A stretch of 64,000 bases of DNA from Macrostomum lignano (lineage: Eukaryota): contig NIVC01000712.1 of the NCBI GenBank assembly GCA_002269645.1, positions 1 to 64,000 of the forward strand, in the 5' to 3' direction. Below are positions 37,315-49,655 of the stretch, piece by piece; within the stretch, counting starts at the first letter, position 1, and each line of letters opens with the position of its first letter. The notes under the pieces were generated by a model. The model did not search any database, was not told the origin of the DNA, and worked only from the letters and a program-made list of their open reading frames with translations. The translations under genes and the position numbers were made by a program.

Positions 37315-37752
37315 ATCTGTCTCTGTGTCGCGGAGGTGGGCGGGCGTCTTTTGGAGGGGCTTTTATTTTTGCCCCGGGCAGCTCAGACCCGGCTGCTTAG
37401 TTTCGCTCTTGAACACGCAATTTTTCCTTCGACTTCATTTGTCCTTTTTAATCCCCAAACCTATCGAAATTGAGAGCAATAAATATATTCGATTTATCAC
37501 TGGATAACCTCCTTCCTGTCCTTCCTCGGCGTCGTTCGCTAAAAGTACGTTACTGCAATTGGGAAGAAAAAAGTGTTACCTGTCCCCCTTTTCCAGTGTT
37601 CTTTTCCGAAAATTTTTCTACAATATAGTCAGGTTGTAAATTTCAGGGTACGAGCTTGCTAGATTCCTGGCGAGGTTTCAGTCACTAGCAGCTCAAAATT
37701 CAGAGACGATTGGACTCAGATTCTCGACTTCCCGGTCGCTGAGACCTGCTGA

Positions 37753-40594
37753 ATGGCCGGTGTCGAGTGTCACTCAGGCTGGTTGCCTGAAGTCAATTGC
37801 GACAGTCGAGAGATCGAGAGAATTCTGAAAGAGCTACAAAATACAAACAATACATGGATGAAAGGTTTCTGCCAGCTTGCTATTGCCCACCTGTATACTC
37901 TACCTGGCTTCTGTAATTTGACTGAAGCATGGAAGGCTCTGAATTCCGCCAGTCAGCCAGACGAAGAGGTAGAACATAACTTATTTAACCTACCGACCAT
38001 TGACATTCGATTTCTTGCCACAGCAGTGAAACTAAGGCTTGAGAAAATGCAGCTAGGACACCCATCTAAGCACGAAGATTTAAAGAATGAATTAACGACT
38101 TTATGGGCAGCTCAGGATGAGTCGGTGAAGGCGACTTGCTTGGTTGCCAAAGGCTGGACGATGCACTGGTTTGCAGTCGGACCGCAGCGAGACGAAGTTT
38201 TGAAAGTGTGCCACAAAGCATTAAAGGATGCTCAAAAAAAATTAGCCACTATACCTGATGCTGCTGATCAATTGAGTCATGTAACATTTCTCTGTCTGTT
38301 CGAGCTGGCTTGTACATTTTTCTGACGGCGAAAAGATGAGCAGAAAATTTTTCAGGAAGAACTTGACCTGTGGACTACTTCCAAAATGTTATATGATGAA
38401 AACAAATGGAATCACCCGCTGTTTGAGCTTGAATTTCACAGGGCCGTCGCCTCCATTCCGCTGTACTTTGATGACTGCAGAACTTTCGCCGATGAGAAGT
38501 ATTGTGAAATCATGAATAAGTCTAGCTTGTTGAATCAACTCTTTGAAGCTTATTGCACTCTTCCGGAAATCTACGACGTGCTGAAGAAACAAAAAAAAGG
38601 CAGAGATTTGGCACAGGATTTCGAAACTAAAGTAAGTAAATTGCTGGAAGAGGGAACCAATTTCAACGAATGCGCGATGCGTAAAAGATTTTTGCGTCGA
38701 AGAATCGAGTCAACTGAATCAAAGACTGCAATCGAATTGCTCAAAAGTGAAGAGAACAAATGGAAGAACGAGTACTGGTTTGCCAATAGACTCGTCGTGC
38801 TAGAAATATTGGTAGATGATTCACTGGTTGAAGATTTCATGCAACGGTTCGAGTCTCTCTGTACAAACTTTCCATTAATGGAATCGGAAATGCGCTTAGA
38901 AAAAGGCATATTTCTGTTGAAGTGCGGCAGAGTCAAAGAAGGAATGCACAGCCTCACCTGGGCAATGAATGACTATCTGCATCCTCCGCTAAACTTTAAG
39001 CCTTACTACTCTAGCAAGCTAAAGGATGCTAAAGCTAAAGCTAAAGTCGTTCTTGAAGGATTCTGAGCGTGATTTTTATCTGATTTGGATTGAAAGTCAG
39101 TTTAAAACTGATTTTAAGACTTATCACGTCGATGGCTCCATTAAAAAGTACCGGACTGAGTTCACAAGGAAAGATCTGACGAACGAACATCGCCATTTCA
39201 TCAGTGAGCACATCGAAAGGCTGCTGATGCAGAAGTCACAATTTGAAGAGGCGGAGCAAATGTTCAGGTCTCTACCTGACGCACTAGAGCACAAAAACGC
39301 AATGATTGCTGACTCTCTATTGTGCCAGGCGGAGATTTTGTCGAGCGGTGATGACGTCACAGAAGTTTGCAAGGCCAAGCTACAGGAGTTTAAAGCACAG
39401 CCAGATAATGCAGTTCACATAACCAGCATCGGGATGCGGCTGTACCTGCTGAACGAGTGTGCAAAGCTGGGCTGCAGAGACGCCATTCATGAGGCGCTGC
39501 TTCTGCTGGAGGACATCCGGAAGGAGAGTGGCAGAGGTTACTTGTTGCAGCAAGCTCCAAACCATTTGTTCATGCACAGCACTTGCGTCTACGTGTTCTG
39601 CTCCCGGCTGCTTCGGCTGAGAGAGCAGGGCTTCCAAATTGAGCGAAGAAAAAGTTTTGTAGACTCTAGCTGTGACCAGATGGGTGACATGCTAGACAAA
39701 GTAGAGCAAATCTTGGCCACTGAGTTGTATCCCAGAAGAATTCGACTGAAAATGACACAGCTGGGCTTGAAGTATGAATCAGTAGAGGAAATGCTTCAGA
39801 GTCCCGAGGCTGAGCGCAGCATTTGGCACACCCTAGAAGAGTCCCGAAAAGCGCTCGATAGCTTCTGGACTCAATTCGTCTCTAAATTGGAGAAGCAGGA
39901 AGCTGTCTCCGAGTCTAAGAGCGTTCCGAGATATTACCCATTTGCCCGCCATAGCTGTGATCTGAAAAGCAGCACTGAAAGCTTTTCAAACATTTTCAAA
40001 AACAATTGGAGCGATCAAGCAAAACTGTTTACTTCACTACTTCAAAGCTTGAAAAGCACAATTGAATGCCTCGACAAGGCTAAGGAGGAGGGACACGAAC
40101 TTAATGAATGCTTGAATGCTCTGGAAAATATTGACGAAGCTAAGTTAAAAGATGAAGTATCAGATGATCAGCTAAACGATTTCAAACATAAACTGGAGAA
40201 GCTCAAGAAATTTCGCAACACTGCGACAAGTTCCGCATGTAGTAGTCAGTCAAAGCAAGCAGGCTCAATCGACAGGCTTAGAAATTCCAGTGAGAAATTT
40301 AACGAAATGCTACAGAAACCATTCCCACTCGCGTTTCGAGCGAATGACGAAGTCTGTAAATGGATGATCCGGAAGGAAGAAGCCATTGATTCTAACCAAG
40401 GTTGTTGGCATGTACACTGGTGCAACGAAGTCAACTCAGATAAGCACGATGAGCAGGTTAATCTTGCCAAATTCAACGAAAAAATAAAAAAAAGATTTAA
40501 TCAGAAGCAGAGTGGGCCAGTAGATGTTCTGGCTTTGGCTCATTGCGCTGCGGAATTCGCTGAAGAGGCCAGGCTCGTTCTCGAAGAGTACACG
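37753..40594 (+). CDS. Copy B exon 1: IFIT-like TPR region plus helical/coiled-coil region (in-frame TGA at 38323, frameshift ~39030)
   Basis: VECHSGW, AKGWTMHWF, DLTNEHRHFISEHIERLL. Ends at the strong donor ACG|GTAAGT. Confidence 0.7.
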
Positions 40595-41683
40595 GTAAGT
40601 TTTTCTTAATTCTATTTTTTAAGAATCAAAGTAACTGTTTTGATTAGACGTTGTAAAATGGAGATCATCGAACAAAGATGATTCAAATGCTGTTTTTAAG
40701 CTCTTTTCGATAGTGTAGCAGGTGTAATTTTACTTATTTGTTCCATCTCGCAATTTCCACTAAATGCCACCAAGTTGTAGCAGATTTATTTGTTCTGCCT
40801 AATTGAATCACTCCATTTGTTACGAGCGTATGACTCTTTTCTAGAAAATTTCCTGATTCACTAGATTTCTTTGGTAAGACACTGGTCTAAATTCATAAAT
40901 TAAGCCCGAAATTACAGCGTTTCCGGGGACCAAGGGTGTCCGGCGGCGAGCCTTAATACCTAATATTTGTCTGTCTTCTAATGCCTAATAATTAACATCT
41001 AATCTTATGGCCTTCTTAATACCCCTTGAGCCTGTACGGCTTTATCTCTACTACTGGGTCTGTACGACCTCTATTGCCTGTACGGCCTTTTCCCTACTTC
41101 TGGCATAAGAAATGAATAAGCAAAGATCATGTCTCAGCAGAAATTTCCTTTAGCAAAAGAGGCAAGCTAGGAACAAACTGGAGCTTGCCCAAGTTAGCTG
41201 GTTTTATTTTCATGCCAGGCGAAGCTTTTATATAATAAACAGAGGGGGTGTGGGGTGCATCGTAATTGGCGGGGACAACTTAAAACAAAATTAGATAAGA
41301 ATTTTAGCAAAACTAGGATTTTATAAAAAATAATACCGTATAAAACAAAGGATTTCTGATTACTTGCTAAATTACATTCGCATGTAGCTACTTATAGTAA
41401 TACAATGGGGATTGGCCAGACCCTACATCAATAGCAAAAGCAGACGTTTGAAATATTTTGCTAAGCTTTGACGTTAGCATAAACTTAAATTCACTTAGAA
41501 GCTCGGCTGAAAATATAAAATACGGATTCTATTCCACTTTTTCTATTTTCAAATTTTAGAGAACCGAAAGTAGTGGGGTAAAAAAATTGCTGACATTTGC
41601 AAACATTTAATTTTCCGACAGATCTATAAAACTCGGTTTACAACCAATATACCCTGTATCATAAAACTAAATTCGATTTGCAG

Positions 41684-42320
41684 TACCCAGAGTTAACCAT
41701 TCCAACGAAGCCAGACGCCATCGGTGAAAACTTCGAGTGGAGCCTTGTCTGCTACTCGTGTGCTCAGCCGAACGACGTCCTGCGCAGCAGATGGAGCCGC
41801 TTGCAGAATGATTGTGCCAACTGTGACAAGTGCATTCTTTTGGTCAGAGAGAAGGCCAGTGCGGCACCAAGTGACGTTTGGCAGCGGGTCCGACCCAGAC
41901 CAAGGAAACTCGTCAAGCTGGACATGTGCAGGAGATACAGCGATATAGAATCCTGCAACGGCTGCAAGCGTTCTGAATGCGACTTTGCCCATGGAGACGC
42001 GGAGCTGCGGCTGTGGGAGCTGGAGAGAATCGGCAAGTTCTCCTTCAACAAGCTGCTGAAGTCCAATCGATCAGCTGGGTCAGAACTGCCGCTGATTCTC
42101 TGCGAGCGACCTGCGGTCGAAGGAGGCTCGGAGCTCCAGATTGTCTACACGGGTCCGGAGTCGCTTCCCGCCAGACTCCCTACTGGGAAAGCACAAAATT
42201 CCTGCTATTCGCTCTGCAACTCGCTACTTGAAGGAACTGAGTGCCAGCATCAAGGCATATGCTTCAGTGCTCACTGTGCTGAGGAGGAGCAGCTGTGGAA
42301 CATCATGCAACAGAAAAGAG
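41684..42320 (+). CDS. Copy B exon 2: ZC3H7/HELZ-type zinc-finger module 1
   Basis: ttgcag|TAC phase 0. LVCYSC...CDKCILLVR...WQRVRPRP...C..C...CDFAHGDAELRLWELERIG; second finger C-x5-C-x4-CFSAHCAEEEQLW. Donor AG|GTAGAA phase 1. Confidence 0.8.
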
Positions 42321-42422
42321 GTAGAATCGAGATGCTTACATAATCCTAATCTTTACGTTATAGCTCGTAATATTGAATAACATAGAGTTAAGGCTCGTGT
42401 TACAATTCATTAACTCTTTCAG

Positions 42423-43058
42423 ATAATTGGCCCGAACATCTGGTTTTAAGAATCGACAAAATCGAGCCCGAACTCATTGGCTGGAGCCTCGAATCGAGCT
42501 GCGACTACATGTACAAGCTGACCTGCTACAGGTGCTCCGAATCACTGGATCCTCTGAGAAGCAGATTCAAGCTGAAGGAAACACAGAACTGTGAGCGGTG
42601 CGACCAGAGCATCCTGCTGGTCAGATCGAAGAACAATCAAATCAACAAGTGGCAACGCATCCGAGACAGACAAGGACATCTGGTCATATGTGATCTCTAC
42701 CAATCAAACAAATGCAGGCGCTCCGAATGTGACTTCGCTCATGGCGATATGGAACTGAAGCTGTGGAAGCTGGAGAGAATCGGCAAGTTGTCCTTCGACA
42801 AGCTACTGAAGTCCAAACTGCCGCTGATTCTCTGCGAGCGGCCTGTGGTCAAAGGAGGCTCGGAGCCCCAGATTGTCTACACGGGTCCGGAGCCGCTTCC
42901 CGCCAGACTCCCTGAGAAACGTAAAGATTTCCACACTCTTTGCAACTCGCTGTTTGAAAGAAAAGAGTGCCCACAATACAAGTATAATCGCGGCAACTGC
43001 TTCTATGCTCACTGTGCCGAGGAAGAGCAGCTGTGGAACATATTGCGAAAGAAAAGGG
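42423..43058 (+). CDS. Copy B exon 3: zinc-finger module 2 (duplicate of module 1)
   Basis: ctttcag|AT phase 1, giving DNWPEHLVLR...LTCYRC...WQRIRDR...CDFAHGDMELKLWKLERIG...CFYAHCAEEEQLW. Donor G|GTAAAA phase 1. Confidence 0.8.
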
Positions 43059-43143
43059 GTAAAATAATCATATTTATATGCTATTAGAGTACGTTTTTAA
43101 CCTTCGCCATTCTCTCTTCGTAAATTAGAACCATGGTTTGGAC

Positions 43144-44077
43144 CATATAGATCTTATATTCCCTAGATAGGCCACTTTGTATTGAAGTGATCTTAATTTA
43201 AGCATGTTATGCCCAATGTTATTTTTTAGTCTAATGCGAACTTCAGAAGGTTTTTCTATCAGGAAAGTACAGCACATGCTTGTGCACCAGTAAAGATCCT
43301 ATTGCGTGAAGCGAACACCAATGAAATGCGTTATAGAAATCATATATATACTAGCGTTCAGTGAGAATGAAGCCTCTCTCCAGTTTTTCCCGGTTCTCGG
43401 CTCTCCGCCTCTTTGCCTCCTCAACTGCTCCGCTAGCTTGCCCCAACAATCGGGCCTGAACTCTAATATCCCGATTTAACAGAGATAAATCCGGACAAAC
43501 GTCAATTCGTGCAACAATATCGATAAGTAGCCTGTGGCTCCATTTTCACTGAATTGCTTAACAAATTTGCGTAATTGCGTGATCAATATCCTATTAGGAA
43601 TTGCTACTAACATTGATTAGTAATAAACATCTTGTTGAAGGTTAGAGATCGAGAGAAACAAATCGAACCTCCGACTTATTTGATTCAACAGCAACATCAA
43701 CGATCATAGTCATCGTCAGAGGGGCACACCCCCGCAACACATTATTCTAAAACATTTGAGTATGGCGTAAATAGAGAAAGCGCGACCGCTGTTTTTCGTC
43801 ACTTGTGCGAAAAAGCCGACATGGGTTGCTTAAATTTTGAGTTAAGTAGCTTAGGGACACAGACGCTATTTTTGAGAATTTAATAGAACTTCTCATGAAT
43901 TTAATAAAAAGCTACTCAATCAAACTATGAATTGTGCATGTACTGCAGAGACAACGGACGAAATTGAGTTCAGTAGTTGATTTTCGCGCTGTCGCGAGTT
44001 GCAAATGTTTTTACATTAGCTTTTATGGCCACATGAGTGGTTAATGAGTGGCCCATCTTGTGTATATATGATCTTTG
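43144..44077. mobile_element. 934-bp non-autonomous element with CA...TG ends and 8-bp TSD (P-like), in intron 3 of copy B
   Basis: GTTTGGAC|CATATAGATCTTATAT...ATATATGATCTTTG|GTTTGGAC. Confidence 0.7.
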
Positions 44078-44588
44078 GTTTGGACCCATGATTGATTTGA
44101 GTGCGCATTTTAGCAGTGTGCATTGTAACACGATATAAATGTGTAAAAGCGTGCATTAAACGCTAAAAGCGTGCTTAAATGGCTCGTGATCGCGTATTGG
44201 CTGGAGTCATTTAATGTACGAGAAATGTATATCGTGTTACAATACAACTCAAGACTTGGTTTTTCTGGCTTAAATGTCTAGGTCACGAGTGCGCACTGTG
44301 CTCAAAACCAAGTATTGAATCCTATATTCGGCTGTAAAGGTTTTGATAAGCGGAATTTTCATCTATGGATCATCCTGTCAAATAGGGTCTCATTTTGAAT
44401 TGCAGAATTGTATGCGAAAATTGTATCTTTAGCTATCAGAGATTTACTGTGTGCCAACTAAATCATGTTACCCTTCCCATATAATCTGTCTATATTAGAC
44501 GCTGTTTTCTTGGCCTCTACCTACATGTACAAAATGCAATACAGAGTTACCTCTTACGCTCGTATCCAACATGCTCAATTAAATTTAG

Positions 44589-44995
44589 AGAAGTGGCCTC
44601 AGGAGCTGCGAGCACTGATCGACCGAATCCCGCCTCAGCAACAACCGAGGCAGCAACAGCAGCAGAAGCAAGGAAGTTTCGGAACTGAACAACATTCCTT
44701 CGGAGGATGCGGCGCCCACAGGGCCAGCAACAGCAGATCAGAGCGGGGCTGCGCGGTAGGTCAGGATGCTCCTTGCTCAACGCAACAGCAATAAGGAACT
44801 TGGCGGCCGGCAACATCAAATCAGAGCGGGACTGCACCATCTGCTGTAGGTCAGGCTGCTTCTTACCCACCACAACAGCAATGAAGTCGGCCGCCAGCAA
44901 CATCAGGTCAGCGGAAGGACAAAATTCGCGACACAGAGAAGTCAGAGGGCCAGCAGAGCTCCAAGAGCATCAGATTCGAGGATCTCCTTGAAGAG
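44589..44995 (+). CDS. Copy B exon 4: Q-rich low-complexity tail (early TAA at 44792)
   Basis: aatttag|AG phase 1, giving EKWPQELRALIDRIPPQQQPRQQQQQ. Paralogous to 25574-26127 and 60177-60365. Confidence 0.6.
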
Positions 44996-45310
44996 GAAGG
45001 ATAAGCAATGCTTTTAAAAGACTGTCCTTGCTGAATTTTTCCTATCTACTATACTTGTACTTACACTTAAGTTATTCGTCTAACTCTCTGAAACAGCTTC
45101 CCGAAATTGAAACAAATTTTAGCGCACAAGGGCCGCTAAAAAGGAATCCGCGCAGTTTTGTCTTAATAAAATCAAATGAAACTCTGATTGATGAAATCAA
45201 CCTATACCTAACAAAAATGTGCTCGTGCCTTGATCAGATCCCTCATTTGTGCGATGGATCAAATTTGGTCTACAAAGTGAACAAAAATCTAAGAAAAGCA
45301 AAATTCAATT

Positions 45311-45770
45311 TGGCCCGGCTATAGACTACAGAAACGTATTTATTCCCCACTTGGGCCCGGCCATAGACTACAGAAACGTATTTATTCCCCACTTGGGCCC
45401 GGCCATAGACTACAGAAATGTATTTATTCCCCACTTGGGCCCGGCCATAGACTACAGAAACATATTTATTCTCCCCTTGGGCCCGGCCATAGACTACAGA
45501 AACGTATTTATTCTCCCCTTGGGCCCGGCCATAGACTACAGAAACGTATTTATTCCCCACTTGGGCCCGGCCATAGACTACAGAAATGTATTTATTCCCC
45601 ACTTGGGCCCGGCCATAGACTACAGAAACATATTTATTCTCCCCTTGGGCCCGGCCATAGACTACAGAAACGTATTTATTCTCCCCTTGGGCCCGGCCAT
45701 AGACTACAGAAACGTATTTATTCTCCCCTTGGGCCCGGCCATAGACTACAGAAACGTATTTATTCCTCAC
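45311..45770. repeat. 42-bp minisatellite (~11 copies), 3' flank of copy B
   Basis: GGGCCCGGCCATAGACTACAGAAACGTATTTATTCCCCACTT units, paralogous to 28487-28800. Confidence 0.9.
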
Positions 45771-48389
45771 TGGCGCAATAAAGCTTCAAAACTTTATAAA
45801 GTTTTATTTCTTTTATCAGCCTTTTTATCGACTTGTCTATATTTGCTAATCTATATTCGTGATCTGCAATATTACTTAATTACCTTCAGTCCACCACTAT
45901 TATAATAATTAAATAAGCGCCGTGCAGTCGGTACTTTAATTTTACATTTTTTCATTTTAAAAATTGTATTGAAGCACGAAACAGTTAAAATCGATTTTTA
46001 TTTCTCGAGTCTCCGGTTTACAGTCTTTGCCTTTTTCGGTACTTTTGCTAGTCAAGCCAGTTTATGGCAGGTTTTTAAACCGTTGAAACTTTTTCCAGTC
46101 TCTGGTTTACAGTTTGTGGTTTTCTCGCGGTAGGTTTGTTAGTTAAACCATCTTTGCAATTACCAGTTTATTAACCATAACTCATAATTGCAATATCCTT
46201 TAAACTCCCTCCAAGCTTTTGCCGTTATGTATGCACTAATAGGTGGCAGAGTTATTAAGTGTTGCTTCACAGACTATGGCTGTGGATAATTTTATGCTAC
46301 TAATTTTTTATCATCATAACTTTTCCATATCTTCTCGGCTATCCGCAAGATATTTATATGCATATTAACTATAAACTAATACATCGATATATGAGGTTAA
46401 CGCTATCCCCATCTGGATATGTCTACCGGCCTGTGGGGCTACGCTTATTGCGCATCTGAAAAGAAGCTTCAACAGAGTCTAATATTGATGTCTTGAATTT
46501 TACTTTTTAAGCAACAGTATTACTGTTGGTAGTACTACAGTACGAGCTAGCAGTAGTACTTCGCCCCTTCAACTGCACACGCGTGTGCTTGCTGATCAAC
46601 GTCAGCAAATGCACTCTGTTGGAATGAGGTTCTTCCCAGCTGCTTTACAAGGAAGTAGTGAATGTGTCGTCAGTGGAATGTCCATGCAAGATGTCTTCGA
46701 GCTGTCGCAGAGTCACTCTTAGACCTGCACCCAGTTTCCGTTGAACACGATGATGCACGTGCTTTTTTCTATTGCTGAAGTTCTATCATAGCTCGTATTA
46801 TATAAATATCGGCTTGCGAGCTTCAGATATAGAGTTTTCTAGTGCTCAACAAACTGCGACATGTATATAGTAGTCTCAGAAAGAATATAATTGAGTTACT
46901 ACACATTTCATAGTATCTTGAAACTGTTGCTCAACTTGATCCAACTCGTCCAGAAAAGTCTGTCGACCTGTGGCTTCTTGCCGAAAGAGTGCGTCATAGA
47001 ATGCATTGAGCAGCTTCATTTTATGTGCTAGTCGTGTTCTGTAGTGGCTGCACCGGATGCTTTGAGCCGCTGCTCCGCCTAATGATTGATGGTCATGACT
47101 TCGTATTGAAAAAACGTTCGAGACGTTCTCACCAAGATGAAGGTCACAAGGTCACCACATCAGGCCCTTGCCGAAAGCCATGGCCACATGGCAATGCCTT
47201 CGCATACGTAGGGATCCGTCAGTGAAGCTACGCGTTGGAATGGTGCACTTTGATGTATTGACGACTGTGACGATATGGGGGAGTGGGAGTAAGCGCGTGC
47301 TCTCAGCAATAAGCTCAAAGGGTAATGAATTTATCACAGTTTAAACTCGTTGCACCTTTTATTGCCTCAGCTCGGATAATCATGCAGGTGCAGCGGTGGC
47401 AATTTGAGATGGTGTTGAGCCTATCGTAGGGGGTAGATGGGTACGGATGGCTCGGCAGATGCTACTGTTCTGTTGCACGAAGGAAAAAGAAATCAGAGAA
47501 CGAGCCTATCTATTTTGAAGTTTCGCAATCCAGGTTCTGGTTTTAGGCGTCCTTGGCTCAGCGCTGTGACCAAATGAAGGGATATAGGGCTGTTTACGCG
47601 GGTTTGTGCCAGACGTGCACTATAAGAACAAAGAGATAGAATATTCTTACTCCGCGCGCTGGGCGGAGGGGTTTTATTTTAGCATTAAAAAACTGGACCG
47701 CAACATTGTGTTCCCCATAGTTCGCATATTTGTGCTTCCATTTATTTTGGCCTCAACCGACCGCTGAGTTAGTTTAGGGTGGCCCTGAAAAGGGCCGTTT
47801 GACTTTCCAGTCACCTCTTAATACACAATAGCTAGTCTGCAGCTGGTGCAGTCGGTGCAGCCGGTCCCGCATTGTCTTCAGCTCAAACGCCGCTGGACCA
47901 GACGAAACACGCGTAAGCGATGCTGAATCGGATGATATCCGTGTAGATCCACTGGACCGTCTGTGGAGAGAGCTCCCATGCAGGCAGGCGCAATGTCTCT
48001 CATTTGTGCAGAGCATCACTTAATTAGCGCACCCGATGACATTGACAACATGCTTGGTCCAGCGGCGTAGATCATGCGTGAGCGTTACGACTCGTACAGT
48101 TCAAGGACGACTGAAAAAATCTATATATCTACTTACCTACTTCAAGCAATCTAATTAAGTAGTCCTTAAAGCGTTTCACCTAGGCATTTTGTTTCTTGTG
48201 GGATTTCCTTTCTATAGATGGTGTCTCGCATGCTCCACCACTTCCGCTTTCTGGTGAAAATAATGGCCACCGTCGTCTTGGCGGTTGCTAATTTATAGTG
48301 AGGCAATGTTGGGTGGCCCCAATGTTGGGGCGAACTGCTGCATCAGGTTAATTCCGGAGAAAGCTGGTGTTCAGGGCCACTGAAAAAAG

Positions 48390-49613
48390 CTGCGACATCC
48401 GCGTAACCGCGCGGCTCTGATGATGCTGCTGGGGGCGTCAACCGTCAGGAGTTCGTCGTCGATCACAAGATTCCAGAGCGCAGAAATCACTGCCTGTCTG
48501 GCAGAGCGACCCGACCATCAGGCAGTCGCGGCTCAACATCGAGCGACTCGGCAGAAACCGGCGGCCCGGGGGCGACGCTGAAGACGCGTTTGAGCGAGCA
48601 AGCCGCTGTCGACAACGCCGCCAGGTCCATCACTGCAGCCGGCCCTGACGTAAAGAGCCGCGCAGTGTGGACGGCCGTCCGGACTCTGACGGAGAGCAAA
48701 AAGCGCGTGGCGCTGAATCTGGCCGTCGACACCCCGGAGGAGCGCAGGAATGAATTGCGGACTTCTTCGCCGGCATCGTGAACGCACCCGCCTGGACTGT
48801 CGCGCACATCGTGCCGATGACAAAGAAGGCAAGAAAAACGCGGAAAGAAGACCACCGCAGGATTTCGCTGATGTCCGGCACCGCGAAGCTCTTCAACCGG
48901 CTGCTGCTCGATCGTCTGCAGTCGGTGCTGGACCCGTACCTGCTGTACGAGCTGAACGGATTCCGGACCCAACGCGGTATAGTGACAGTGGTACAGGGCA
49001 CTCGGCCGTGTCATCAAGGAGGCGCGCCAGATCGACAGGTCTGACCTGACCTGACCTGACATGCCGCGGCGCAGACGGGCAGATGACCAAGCTCGCACGC
49101 TTCCAGCGGTTCACCTACCTCGGCGGTCTGGTGCCTCACGTGGAGGAAGCCCTCCGGCTTGACTGTTGCAGGCAGTGTTCGAAACCGTCCTGCTCTACAA
49201 CCCCGAGACGTGAACGCTGACGGCTACGCTGGAGCGGCAGACTCAGCGCACTCAGGGCTGCTCCGCGCGGTCTTTCGAGCTGACGAGAGCGTCGGGACCG
49301 AGGCCCTGAGTGATCGGGCCAAGCTGCAGCGCCCGTACATCATCCTGCGCTGGCGGCGACTTTATCTGGTGGGCCACGTGATCCGGGCTGAGGGCTACTG
49401 CCCCCTATCTGTTCAGGACGTCTTGCTGCTCACCATACAGGGCCCGCTCAGGCGGGGTCAGGCCCAAACCCGTCGATACGTGGACTGCCTCCTACGCGAC
49501 GCCGGGGTGCCCGACACTGCCAACGGGGTGGACTTCGTCCACTCTCAGGCTCTGCGGCGCGCCATCTGACGCACCCTGCTCTGTGACTTTGATTGCGGGA
49601 CCGCGTGTTTTGT

Positions 49614-49647
<34 letters not shown>

Positions 49648-49655
49648 ATTGTTGT
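48390..49655 (+). mobile_element. RTE-clade LINE fragment with RT core deleted and (TTG)n tail
   Basis: WTVAHIVP..KK, RRISLMS..AKLFNRLLL.RLQ, NGFR..RG, F.YLG, C-terminal LRRGQAQTRRYVD. (TTG)n at 49607-49655. Confidence 0.8.

Noticed and set aside
37753-44995. Prokaryotic operon or anti-phage defence island reading of the repeated ORF blocks
   Set aside because: ORFs are bounded by phase-matched GT-AG sites, with no RBS or operon spacing and eukaryotic TEs throughout.
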